From: Bispira polyomma
Taxonomy: Eukaryota
DNA length: 64,000 nucleotides
Direction: 5' to 3'
Assembly (NCBI GenBank): GCA_965649765.1
Contig: OZ287750.1
Span: 7,068,001 to 7,132,000 of the forward strand
Shown here: piece after piece, positions 36,701 through 47,205 of the stretch
Position numbering within the stretch: position 1 is the first letter of the stretch
Layout: each line of letters begins with the position of its first letter
The notes under the pieces: model-generated
What the model was told of the DNA's origin: nothing
Seen by the model: only the letters and a program-made list of their open reading frames with translations
Database searches by the model: none
Made by a program: the position numbers and the translations under genes

Positions 36701-39700
36701 TATTTACAGATGGTATCGGATTAGTGGCATATTTCACTGTGTATTTACAGATGGTATAAGAGTAGTGGCATATTCCACTGTGTATATTACAGATGGCATT
36801 AGATGAGTGGCATATTCCACTGTGTATATTACATACAGATGGCATCAGATTACTGGCATATTCCACTGTGTATATTACAGATGGTTTCAGATCAGTGGCA
36901 TATTTCACTGTGTATATTACAGATGGTATCAGAAGAGTGGCATATTTTACTGTGTATATTACAGATGGCATCAGATGAGTGGCATATTCCACTGTGTATA
37001 TTACAGCTGGTATCAGATTAGTGGCATATTTCACTGTCTATTTACAGATGGTATCAGATTAGTGGCATATTTCACTGTCTATTTACAGATGGTATCAGAT
37101 TAGTGGCATATTTCTCTGTGTATATTACAGATGGTTTCAGATCAGTGGCATATTTCACTGTGTATATTACAGATGGTATCAGATGAGTGGCATATTTTAC
37201 TGTGTATATTACAGATGGCATCAGATGAGTGGCATATTTCTCTGTTTTTTTTACAGATGACTGATGCCAATCAGAGATGGGAGGTAGAGCAGGCCATAGA
37301 GTGGATGAAGTCCTTGGCTCTGTACAAACCAGTGTGGATAGAAGAACCCACGTGTCCAGACGATATTCTGGGACATGCGACCATATCTGAGGTATATATA
37401 TATGTTACAGTTAATCTTTTAAAATCATACATTGAATAACTATCTTCATTCTGTATCTAAAATAAAAAACCTTATGGTATAGGAGTTACTATGGCAGAAG
37501 TCATAATACAACTTATACTATACTGTTGGGGTTGCAACTTCCAGATAGGTGGAGAATATATTTGTTTTTATGTCTGTCCAGGCACCAGAGATAAATAGCT
37601 ATACATATATCTTTAGGCACTAGAACCCTATGGTATAGGAGTGGCCACGGGTGAGGCCTGTCAAAACCGGGTGATGTTCAAGCAGTTCTTACAGGCCAAA
37701 GCCTTCCAGTTCTGTCAGATTGACAGCTGTCGTATGGCTGGACCCAATGAAATCCTGGCCGTCTACCTGATGGCATTCAAAGCGGGAGGTTTGTATAGAT
37801 AGACTACTTAAGTACATTTGCTATGTTGTAGGACTATCTCACTTTGACCTTGTTTAGGATGCTGCTTCCACAGTGGATGCATGGAAATCACATTATTACT
37901 GATTTTTATTAAAAAAATTAGTTGGATCTATTTAGTAGTAGAGATCTGCTCAGTCGTATGTCCTTTTACATAGAGGAAAATTTAACATTCTTATGTGGGA
38001 TATTTTTTTCAAATCCACACTGTGAACTCCATATGCTCTTTACGGAAAATCACTTCTGCTATTTCTTTAAGAGTTCAAGGCGTCAAGTCGCTTAAACTAA
38101 AAGATGTTTAACCTAAATATTGTGCAATGTAAGCGTTATATCAGCGATTATAAGCGATTTTATTGTAATATTAACACTATATTTATTGTAATATAAATCT
38201 GTTTACATATTATAAAGGGATGTATAGTCATGTACTGCCAAATAAATGTGTAACCGATCAAGAAGTCCTGCATTGTCCCATTTGCACTTGTAATACAGTT
38301 ACAGCTTAGTTTTTGGAAGGTTTATCAGTCTCAGTATAAAGGTCTACTAGAGAGTAATGCATGTTATCAATTGATAACAAAATGTTACTGCAGCTGTGAC
38401 ATCCTACCATTGTTTTAATTTGATGCAACTATAATTGCTTGTACATACACCACACCAACCTTTCAATGAACTTGGAAATGTATCCATTATTTTTAAAAAG
38501 TTGCCCAAATGATTTTGATAAAATACAATTTCATCTGTTTAATTCAACACATTTCATGATGTATTTAACCTTTGCCACAGCCTTCTTAAAACTATGAATT
38601 ATTGCACTGGTTTGGGTTATAAAATAAACGCAAATGATCTTGCAATAAATTTTTGAATAAAATGTCAGGGAAATTAATATATTCTCTGCCGTCTGAGCAT
38701 ACATGGATATAAATTTTTTTACTTTTTACCAATAAATATATTTTTTATCTACCTATTATTGAAGTGACTATTTTATATATAATTTGAATTCCTTTTCATT
38801 ATAGTGCCAGTTTGTCCCCACGCAGGAGGTGTCGGTCTGTGTGAATTGGTACAACATTTACAGATGTTTGATTACATTGCTTTATCTGGAACTAAAGAAA
38901 ATAGGTCAGTACATTTGTGTTCATTGATTGAACAATTTTCTATTGCAAGAAACTGAAGAAAAACAAGCTAATTTTTGGGGGGTGTCTACTGCTTGCCGAC
39001 AGACATAGGTTCTGGGAGTACTAAATCCCGTTAGATGCTAGCCAAAAACCTGGGGGTCGAACTAAAACCAACTTTCTGGTCCCAGAAACTTTCACATTCA
39101 AAATATGTAGTTTTAAATTAGATATAAGTAGTAGTTAGCCATATGTAGAAGCAAAACCTGTGGATATTTGACTTGTACACAGTGTCAACTGTATAAGTCA
39201 CATTCTGGGCGCAATTATTGTAATTATTTAATCTGGTGTTTTTTCAGGGTTGTGGAATACGTGGACCATCTCCATGAACATTTCAAATATCCTGTTGTAG
39301 TTCAGAAAGGGAGTTACATGGCTTCAACAGTATGTATCACAAGTAAAAGATTAATACCAATACAGAAAAACACCTATTTTTGTTCTGACTGATTCGGACA
39401 TTTGATTAAACTAAAGCATAGAAAGCACTACGAAGATAGTTTACTTTCAGTATTTACAATTTTATACTAATCTATCAGCGATAATATGTATTTACTAAAA
39501 AATTCTGCATTTACTGAGTTTGCACATTACAGATTCCAAATCAGATTTAATATTGCAATATATTGATTTTGCACAAAACTTTGAATTTTGGTAAGAATCA
39601 CGATCTTCCACTGTGGCCTAGTGGGTAACACACTCGCTCTAGAACCCACAGGACCTGGGTTCAATCCCAGTATGGGGCAGCCAGGTACAGCTAGATACCT

Positions 39701-40329
39701 AGAGGCTTGGATGACCACTTAAAATGGCAGTCATCTGCCATTGTGTCCTATCCTCAGTGGCAAGTTAAAGAACCTTAAGGATGTTAACAAAGGGTGTCAT
39801 CCTCAAGCCTCTCTCTCTCTTCAGTTAAGTGGAAGGACAATTACTGTTGCCAGTTGGCTGTTCTTGGCACTTTTGAATATCAGATAAAGGTAGATTAATG
39901 CACAGAGTATAAATTTGAATATACAATAAGATACACTATCTTTGACATTGGTGCCTCTGTGGTGTAGTGGTAACACTTGCCTCCCATCTCTGTTGTCATG
40001 GGAAAGGTGAGCAGTGGATTTACATAGCAGAAAACCTTGACCAACTGCGGTCTTCTGATTTCCACCACCAGTGAAGTGCCTATCACGCTAAGTAAGCGAA
40101 TATGCATTGAAAGCAATGTTAAACCAAAATTACAGTAAAAAAAACTAAGTCTTCTTTGAATACAATACACAATCCCTCATTAATAGGGTATTTTTTTGGC
40201 TGTATATTATCACAGAATCCAGGATATAGCACAGAGATGAAGGAAGCCTCCTTGAGTGCCTACGAATATCCTTGTGGTTCAGTCTGGCAGGATTTCTTTG
40301 ATAGAGGGGTGTTTCCAAGGCCAACATAG
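18747..40329 (+). CDS. ENOSF1: Mitochondrial enolase superfamily member 1 / L-fuconate dehydratase
   Basis: 15 GT-AG exons: 18747-18833, 24644-24746, 25897-26012, 27313-27399, 28007-28033, 29342-29382, 30553-30623, 32536-32618, 33075-33109, 33874-33961, 37257-37391, 37617-37788, 38805-38904, 39248-39329, 40216-40329. The spliced protein has [86 protein letters not shown] and PGYSTEMK. Confidence 0.96.
20040..20279. mobile_element. MITE with 28-bp TIRs (TACTGCYTGTGGTTATAATTCGGCCGCC)
   Basis: 27/28 inverted match between the termini, TA at both ends. Confidence 0.85.
21370..23645 (+). mobile_element. 5'-truncated L2/CR1-type LINE in ENOSF1 intron 1; RT ORF 21867-23108, frameshifted on both sides
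   Basis: RT motifs [71 protein letters not shown]; C-terminal LHWLP, WNSLP, LKTHL; short repeat tail. No endonuclease domain seen. Confidence 0.92.
23715..24142. repeat. 20-bp minisatellite (AAGGGTTGAATTAGATTACA) interrupted by a ~220-bp insertion
   Basis: About 7 copies at 23715-23855 and 3 more at 24080-24142. Confidence 0.85.
25320..25662. mobile_element. Non-autonomous element with a ~150-bp palindromic arm plus a second inverted-repeat pair, inserted into a SINE
   Basis: TAGGAATAACCAAT...ATTGGTTATTCCTA and ATTCTAACATGAC...GTCATGCTAGAAT. Reverse-oriented relatives at ~28925-29177 and ~56108-56430. The flanks (25205-25320, 25663-25830) match the SINE at 39607-39900. Confidence 0.7.
26960..27215. 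repeat. ~84-bp tandem repeat, 3 copies (related to Tigger-type MITE ends)
   Basis: GAGGTGTTCACTATACAGAGGTAG...GTAAATCTAATGGGAA occurs three times. Confidence 0.85.
27575..27930 (+). mobile_element. Decayed L2/CR1-type LINE 3' fragment
   Basis: Encodes remnants AAPKEWNNLP...KLKTYLF, like the end of the 21370-23645 element. Confidence 0.65.
28305..28640 (-). mobile_element. Decayed LINE 3' fragment
   Basis: Minus strand encodes an [10 protein letters not shown]-like end, followed by a short 3'UTR and a (GATTA)n tail. Confidence 0.55.
28647..28795 (-). mobile_element. Short tRNA-derived SINE
   Basis: Minus strand: TGGCTGAGTTG (A box), GGTTCGCCTCC (B-box-like), tail GATGTTAAACCCTAAACTTTCAC. 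Confidence 0.65.
29730..30342 (-). mobile_element. L2/CR1-type LINE 3' fragment with intact 3' tail
   Basis: ORF 29884..30339 has [26 protein letters not shown]. The tail GCGCTTTAGAAGATGTCTAGCATCAATGAAGCGTGTTAAAAATCTATAA also occurs alone at ~20776-20835, ~23645-23680 and ~60600-60662. Confidence 0.88.
30710..30940. mobile_element. MITE, second copy of the 3040-3266 family
   Basis: Same TIRs and internal sequence. Confidence 0.85.
31095..31320 (+). mobile_element. Near full-length tRNA-derived SINE
   Basis: A box TGGCCTAGTGG (31105) and B box GGTTCGACTCC (31174). Confidence 0.75.
31326..32372. mobile_element. Non-autonomous DNA transposon (hAT-like CAGT...ACTG ends) with three internal ~130-150-bp repeats
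   Basis: Imperfect TIR CAGTGTGCGAAATTC / GAAGTTGACATACTG, GC-rich subterminal GGCC motifs, repeats at ~31740-32180. No clear TSD. Confidence 0.55.
35164..35937 (-). mobile_element. Solo LTR (774 bp) with 5-bp TSD CCAAT
   Basis: Begins TGTTAC and ends GTAACA; CCAAT at 35159-35163 and 35938-35942. Minus-strand TATA-like (~35730) and AATAAA-like (~35250) signals suggest the orientation. Confidence 0.85.
36295..37259. repeat. ~40-41-bp minisatellite (~24 copies) whose last unit is the acceptor of ENOSF1 exon 11
   Basis: Unit TGTATATTACAGATGGTATCAGATGAGTGGCATATTTYACTG. Confidence 0.95.
39607..40145 (+). mobile_element. Two adjacent tRNA-derived SINEs (39607-39900 and 39950-40145)
   Basis: A box TGGCCTAGTGG and B box GGTTCAATCCC. 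The body GGCTTGGATGACCACTTAAAATGG is shared with 25250, 32378 and (minus) 62755-62780. Second head TGGTGTAGTGG at 39960. Confidence 0.7.
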
Positions 40330-41499
40330 GATGATGCATAACAAAACTGCATCATCTAGTTACAGCATTTTATCATTTGAAGGCAGGATAGGTGACAAAT
40401 TAGCTGTGAACATTATAAAGTAGTCTCTAAATACTGTATCTGATGTCATTGATGACTGACAGTGTATTGACAGTGTATTGTAACTTTTACATGTCAGAAA
40501 GACAGGCATCTCAGCAATTAACAAGAACTAGATATTTAGTGAAATAACTTCATTTGGGGTACAGCTGTTTGCGGTAATATGATCTGATGCTTTGGAGTGA
40601 GCAGTATTAATAAATGTCAATTGATGAAATTGCAATTAAGTACAGCGAGGGAACTAAGTGACAGATCTTCTTTGTACTATTATTTCATTACTCTTTTGGT
40701 CTTCTCCTGTATAGACTATTTAATTGTGATTCGTCGCTTTGATTTAGGTTTACTAGTCATGCCATATACTTCAATGGTTGTTTATTTGCAAATGATAACT
40801 AGGGTCTCTCGAGTGCCTAATGGTGGTCATTGGTCAGAATTTGTGAGTAGTCGTCTTGTAAGGTCAAATTGAATACTTAAAATAAAAGAGAAACTTTAGA
40901 ACAGTCGAAGCTTGTGAGTGGCTTTGTCTTTACAAATCTAGTTTTTTTCTACATATACGTAAAGAACTACCTTCTATACCCCCATTATATGTCAAGAACT
41001 GCTTGACAAAGGAAGAGCATTTCAGTACTGACATTCATACGAGAACACTGTGCACACTGATTCACAATACGACTATTTCACTTTCTGTGACTTTAGGATT
41101 TCAGCATCTCTACATGCTATTTTTATGTTTGATGTTAGCTGTGTAATTTGGAAATGATTTATCTGCATAATAAGCATTTAACCAAGTGGTAATTCAAGTC
41201 AGTAGAGAGTATTAGTTGTTAAAATTAATTGTTAATGTATAAAATATATTGTTTTGAACCAATAAATATGTAAATCAACTACTACATAAAACTTGTCTAG
41301 AAGCCATTTTTAGCCTACATCTATTAATGACTATCTTTTTTTTGGCATGCCATATCTACAACCAATGCTACAAATACTTGATACAAATACTAGATAATTT
41401 ATGGTTTCATCTTCAATTCAAATAGCTTATATCTGGTCCTTGTAGAGGTCTGATTTGGATGAACAATTTAGAAGCAGTTAAATTACTACCTCAAACTTC

Positions 41500-41885
41500 C
41501 ATTTGGACTTTTGAAATGGCACGGAATGTTTGACCAAATATAACTAATTGAAGATGCTTCGCTCATAGACTGTGGGCCATTATCTTTTGTAAAGAAACGT
41601 TATTGAACGCTAGGGTTGCACCAGATTTCCAGAACATGTGGAAACCGCGATATGCATCAATGTTTACGTGTTGAAGGACTTTCTTAGGAGCAGTTCTGAT
41701 GTGTGATGCCACTAAGAGCAGGTGTGTAGGTCAATCTCTGGATTTAAGGAAAGCCGTCAGTGCTTTAACTGGGCATAGATGTGGAATAGAAATGGTTGGT
41801 AAGTGGACAATATGAGTATTGGATCTATTTTGCATGTTCTTGGCCCATTTTGTGAAAACATGTGCCCCAGGAGTCCTGAAATAAA
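41500..41885 (-). pseudogene. Relic of a DIRS/Ngaro-type tyrosine recombinase
   Basis: Minus strand encodes KWAKNMQ...VHLP.....LCPVKAL and then RGFHMFWKSGATLAFNNVSLQKIMAHSL*, a decayed form of the HxxRxxGAT...HGxW recombinase motif. Confidence 0.7.
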
Positions 41886-42443
41886 ATCCTGTCGCAACAT
41901 ATCTCTTGTAGAACTTTAAATTTTCAGAATTCTCTAAAAAACAAACATTTGACCACTTTTTTACATATCTCTCTCTCTCTATATATATACATATATATTT
42001 ACAGGTATACACGCAGATGTACTATGTGTACTATAATTTTGTATATTGGTAAAAATTATGTGGATGTATTATGTCGGGCTTATATATACAATTTAATAAC
42101 ATGTTTGTTAAATATGTTTATCATAATTTTTCTGTGATGTCACCCTGTAAGGTGCAGTTTTGTGAGCTGTTTGCAACCTCTTCCCACTGCACAGGGTGTC
42201 TGAAAAATGATTTAACAGGAGGAATTAACCATATTTAATTAAAAAAAAAAAAAATATTTACTTCTGCTGTTAGGAGCAATATTCAACATCCTCAGGAAAC
42301 CATAAAATGCCAGAATATGGATCTAAATAAAAGAGGGTCCTTCAAAATGTGGCACGCTTGTGAAATAATCTACAGGTGGTTAACCTCAAATATCCCTTTT
42401 GGAAAAGCCTAAAAGAAGAGCTGTGAGCTACACTTCTAGTAAT

Positions 42444-42970
42444 GGTGTATTCACACTATCCGCATTCTCCACATGGTATAGCCGTTTACCCACGTTCTTC
42501 AGAACATGGACGAACTTGAGAGAATGTGTAAAAATGCTCATTTGCATATGATTAATATTGATGTAACGTCTTCTCAAGTTCTCTCAAGTTCCTGAGACGT
42601 TCTCACCAGTTTAAGTCCCGGCTAAGCCCCGGCAGAGCCAAGGTCTTGAGCGATCCTTAGAAGTTCTATACAAGTTCGCCCAAGTTTCCTAGGTGCTCTT
42701 GAGACATTCTCACAAGTTTGTCCAGGTTCAAGCCCCGGCTATGCCCCGACCATAGCAGTTTTCTCAAATTCTCAGACGTCCTCCCAAGTTCTCTCAGGTT
42801 CTCCCAGGTTTTATCACGACCACACAAGTTCAAGTTCCGACCAAGCTAGGTCCTCACAAGGTCATGCCCAGGTCTTGAGAGGTTCTCGCACATTCTACAG
42901 AATCGTACAAATAGCAAGCTCCAGGACGAGCTCATCCTCACAACGCATCTAGAAGTCAGAGTGAACACAT
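42444..42970. mobile_element. Probable Harbinger-type terminal region or MITE with many short subterminal repeats
   Basis: Imperfect inverted ends GGTGTATTCACACT / AGAGTGAACACATC (11/14). Repeated CAAGTTCTC and AAGCCCCGGC motifs. Lies just upstream of the transposase. Confidence 0.45.
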
Positions 42971-43117
42971 CTATGCAGATTCTCCACTGAGATTCTACAT
43001 GTTCATACTGTCCATTATATAGATAGAGATATAGATATAGATAGGTAGATAGAGATTCATTGAGATATTTTTGTAAACATTTGTTCAATCTGTTCTTGTA
43101 TTTTTAGCTCAAGATAA

Positions 43118-44352
43118 ATGGCCCAAATGACCAGCAACGCCAACTTCTGCGGGCACACCTGGCGATAAGGATTTGCCAAAACCAGGTGGTTCTCTATGTT
43201 CAAATGAGGCAGCTGCAGGAGTGAGGCGCCACAGGAGATTCTATATAAGACCATGGTTACTCAGAAGGCCCGTTTATGGCCACCATGATAGCCTACTGGC
43301 CGAGCTGTGCCTGGAAGTTCTTCAGGCTTTTAAGAACTACATCAGGATGGAGCCTGCTCTCTTCAATGAAGTGATGGCGAGGGTGACTCCACTGATAGAG
43401 AAGGAGACGACCTTCTTCCGCTCACCAAGCTCTCCTGGCTTGAAGCTTTCCCTGACCTTGAGGTATCTTGCCACTAGAGACTGCTATGCAAGCATGTAGT
43501 ATAACTTCCGTGTAGCCAAGAACAAGATCTGCTTGTTCATCTCGCTGGTGTGTGAGGCTATCTATTCCTCTTACAAGCAAGAAGTCCTGAAGTGTCCAGA
43601 CAATCCCCCAGGATTGGAAGCAGAAGGAGGAAGTCTTCCACCAGCGGTGGAACTTCCCACATGCAGTGGGGGCCTTGGATGGGAAGCATGTCTCGGTCAA
43701 GTGCCCCCCAACTCTGGCTCGTTCTATTACAATTACAGGGGGTTTTACTCCATAGTAATGCTTGCGTTAGTGGACGGAGACTACCAATTTCTCTGGGTGG
43801 ATGTGGGGTGCAATGGCAGCTGTTCTGACGCCCAGATTTTCAATGGGTCAGACCTCAAGGTAGCCATGGAGGGGGATACTCTTGGGTTACCACCGGCAGA
43901 CGAACTACCAGATCACGACAGGCCCACACCTTACTTCAAGCTGGCAGATGATGCCTATTCTTTGAAGACCTGGCTCATGAAGCCCTTCAGTGGCTGGCAT
44001 CTACATCGTGAAGAAAGCATCTCCAACTACAGATTGTCAAGGGCCAGGCGTGTGGTTGAGATTGCCTTTGGGATACTCGCCATTGGTTCAGATGTCTGTG
44101 GACCACCATGCCCCAGGTACCACCTAATGTCACCAGCATCGTGTTAGCCTGTGTGACACCCCACAACATCCTCAGGCGCAGATATAGAGAAGTACACCAG
44201 GAACTGCTCAACCACGAAGATGACCAGCACAGGCTTGTTCGTGGTGCATGGAGGAATGACCAAGAGTTGGTGAACATGAACCTAGCTAGAGGTGGGAATG
44301 CGGCCAGTCAGGCAGAAATGAGGCAAAGACTCTACCTACGGCACTACATGAC
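43118..44352 (+). pseudogene. Degenerate PIF/Harbinger DDE transposase (HARBI1-like)
   Basis: Motifs across three frames: IRPWL, F.NYIRM, KL.LTLRYLAT, GALDGKHV, YYNY.GFYSIV.LALVD, GSCSDAQIF, ADDAY.L..WLMKPF, NYRLSRARRVVE.AFGIL. Internal stop at 43497-43499 and frameshifts. Confidence 0.9.
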
Positions 44353-44629
44353 TCATGATCTCATAGGATTCAAACCCAAGACTTTAAAGATTGTCATTGT
44401 TGTCAGTCGGGGGTTTATAATTGGTTTCCTCCTCCAGTACAATTGGTTTCCTCCTCCAGTACAACTGGTTTCCTTCTCCAGTACAATTGATTTTCCATTG
44501 CAGTGCAACTGGTTAGTGAGAATCTCACCTAAGCATACAATACTCATACATACATACATACATTCATGCATACAACTCATTCAAAAGATAAATGCAATTT
44601 TTATGGCATTTATTAGTTTTCTTACATAA

Positions 44630-45590
44630 ACTGAAACAAACGGGCATTCAATGTGCCACGTCTTTGAATCTAACAGGCATTTATTGTGCCCCTACTTTGA
44701 AACCAACAGGCATTTATTGTGCCCCTACTTTGAAACCAACAGGCATTTAGTGTGCCACTGTCTTTGAAACCAACAGGCATTTATTGTGCCCCTACTTTGA
44801 AACCAACAGGCATTTATTGTGCCCTTACTTTGAAACCAACAGGCATTTAGTGTGCCACTGTCTTTGAAACCAACAGGCATTTATTGTGCCCCTACTTTGA
44901 AACCAACAGGCATTTAGTGTGCCACTGTCTTTGAAACCAACAGGCATTTATTGTGCCCCTACTTTGAAACCAACAGGCATTTAGTGTGCCACTGTCTATG
45001 AAACCAACAGGCATTTATTGTGCCCCTACTTTGAAACCAACAGGCATTTAGTGTGCCACTGTCTTTGAAACCAACAGGCATTTATTGTGCCCCTACTTTG
45101 AAACCAACAGGCATGCAGTGTGCCATTGTCTTTGAAACCAACAGGCATTTATTGTGCCACTGTCTTTAAAACCAACAGGCATTTAGTTTGCCACTGTCTT
45201 TGAAACCAACAGGCATTTATTGTGCCCCTACTTTGAAACCAACAGGCATTTAGTGTGCCACTGTCTTTGAAACCAACAGGTATTTATTGTGCCACTGTCT
45301 TTGAAACCAACAGGCATTTATTGTGCCCCTACTTTGAAACCCACAGACATTTAGTGTGCCACTGTCTTTGAAACCAACAGGCATTTATTGTCCCCCTACT
45401 TTGAAACCAACAGGTATTTATTGTGCCCCTACTTTAAAAACAACAGGCATTTAGTGTGCCCCTACTTTGAAACCAACAGGAATTTATTGTGACATTGTCT
45501 TTGAAACCAACAGGAATTTATTGTGACATTGTCTTTGAAACCAACAGGCATTTATTGTGCCCCTACTTTGAAACCAACTGACATTTACTC
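44630..45590. repeat. 33/34-bp minisatellite with two largely alternating variants, ~28 units
   Basis: TTGAAACCAACAGGCATTTATTGTGCCCCTACT and TTGAAACCAACAGGCATTTAGTGTGCCACTGTCT. Confidence 0.95.
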
Positions 45591-45604
45591 ACACACTTAC
45601 TCAC

Positions 45605-46075
45605 AGACTTATGACTACTAATGACTTATGAAGGAAAATTGACAGAGTTGACTGGCATCACAACGGGTGATGCGGACTGATACGGTCCTGGACATAATGC
45701 GTAACATCCACACTAGAAAGGTTGTACCTTTTTCCTGTGATAGAGAGGTTGCGAGAAGATTGCAAGATATGAAACGGTAAGTCTGAAACTTCAAGCATTT
45801 ACTTATGGTTCATCATTACTGATTACATATGACTACTAATGATTTATGATTGAGGAAAATTTATAGAGTTGACTGGCATCACAACGGGTGATGTGGACTG
45901 ACATGGTCCTGGACATCATGCGGAACATCCACACTAGAAAGGTGGTACCTTTTTCCTGTGATGGAGAGGTTGCAAGAAAATTGCAAGGTAAGTCTGAAAC
46001 TTCAACTTCGAAACTACCAAGCATTTACTTATGGTATATCATCACTGATTACTTAGGACTACTAATGACTTATGT
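45605..46075. repeat. ~220-240-bp tandem duplication
   Basis: GAGTTGACTGGCATCACAACGGGTGATG...CATCCACACTAGAAAGG...GTCTGAAACTTCAA occurs twice. Confidence 0.85.
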
Positions 46076-47205
46076 AAATACTTGTGACTTATGTATTATT
46101 TCTTATAAATTGATAAAAATTATGTATTAAAGATGATTTACAGCTTTACAGTGTTTGGAGGAACTTCAGTCTGAAAGGGGTCCATGCTTCAGACCGATGT
46201 GTAAAAAAAAAATCCAGTTGCCTGGAATCTGAGGTGCAGGTTGTGTCAAAATCGTTGACTGGAATGCAACTACGATGCAACCCACCACCTAGCATCCGGA
46301 GACAAGGGGCACAACTCCCTTTCACCTTTCACCCAACGAAGGGTGCTGTAGCCATTACGATATATGAAAGAAGTTGGATGGAATGACCAGCAGTCAATTA
46401 AAAGAGGCTGTAAAGGGGCCTACGCTGTAAAGGGGCCTACTGTCACTGTGAAAGCTATCTGTCAATTGGGTTGAAAGCATTTACACACACTAACTGTGAA
46501 TGGCACTATCTGTCTCATATCCCTAGAGAAACCACCATCACATATCACCAGAGAAACCACCATCACATATCACCAGAGAAACCACCATCATTAACTTTGA
46601 CACCATCAGTCATTTACATCCATCATCAACTTAAAACTATATCAACTTAAAAGATTACTTACTGAGTGGAAACTTTCTTACTTAAATTACTTAGTAATAA
46701 ATGACAACTATGTCAACTGAAACACTTATTAAGTAAAATATTTGCTCATTTAAAAGCATATAAACTATTGACACACATGTTGAAGCTTTGGCAGTAGGCA
46801 CTAGAGATAAATAATGAAATCACACACTTATAAGTGAGATGACACTAATTCGAGAAAATCAAAAGAAGTAGACTGAAACTATTGAAAAAATCAAAAGAGC
46901 CAGAAACTGTTATACAGTTACACAGCCAGAAATGACATAAAGGTACCTTTCGTTTGACCTTGGCAGTTTACACTATAAAACCAACTGAAACAATCAAGCT
47001 GTTGCACAGTTAGAAGTGTAAGTGCGGTAAACTTTACCAACTGAAACTATTACACAGTTACACAGCCAGAAGTGACATAAAGTTACCTAACCTATCACTA
47101 AAGCTTTTACATACTTATACTCATACTCAAACTCACTCTATAATAATACTACTTCAAATACCAATACCAAAATAATAAAATTACAATAAAAACAGTATCT
47201 GTATT

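Noticed and set aside
36367-37250. Overlapping ORFs in several frames
   Set aside because: They are translations of the 40-41-bp intronic repeat; only the sequence from 37257 is ENOSF1 coding.
44630-45590. CRISPR-like array (constant TTTGAAAC-containing segment)
   Set aside because: The intervening sequences are two recurring ~12-bp variants rather than unique spacers, there are no cas genes, and the context is eukaryotic.
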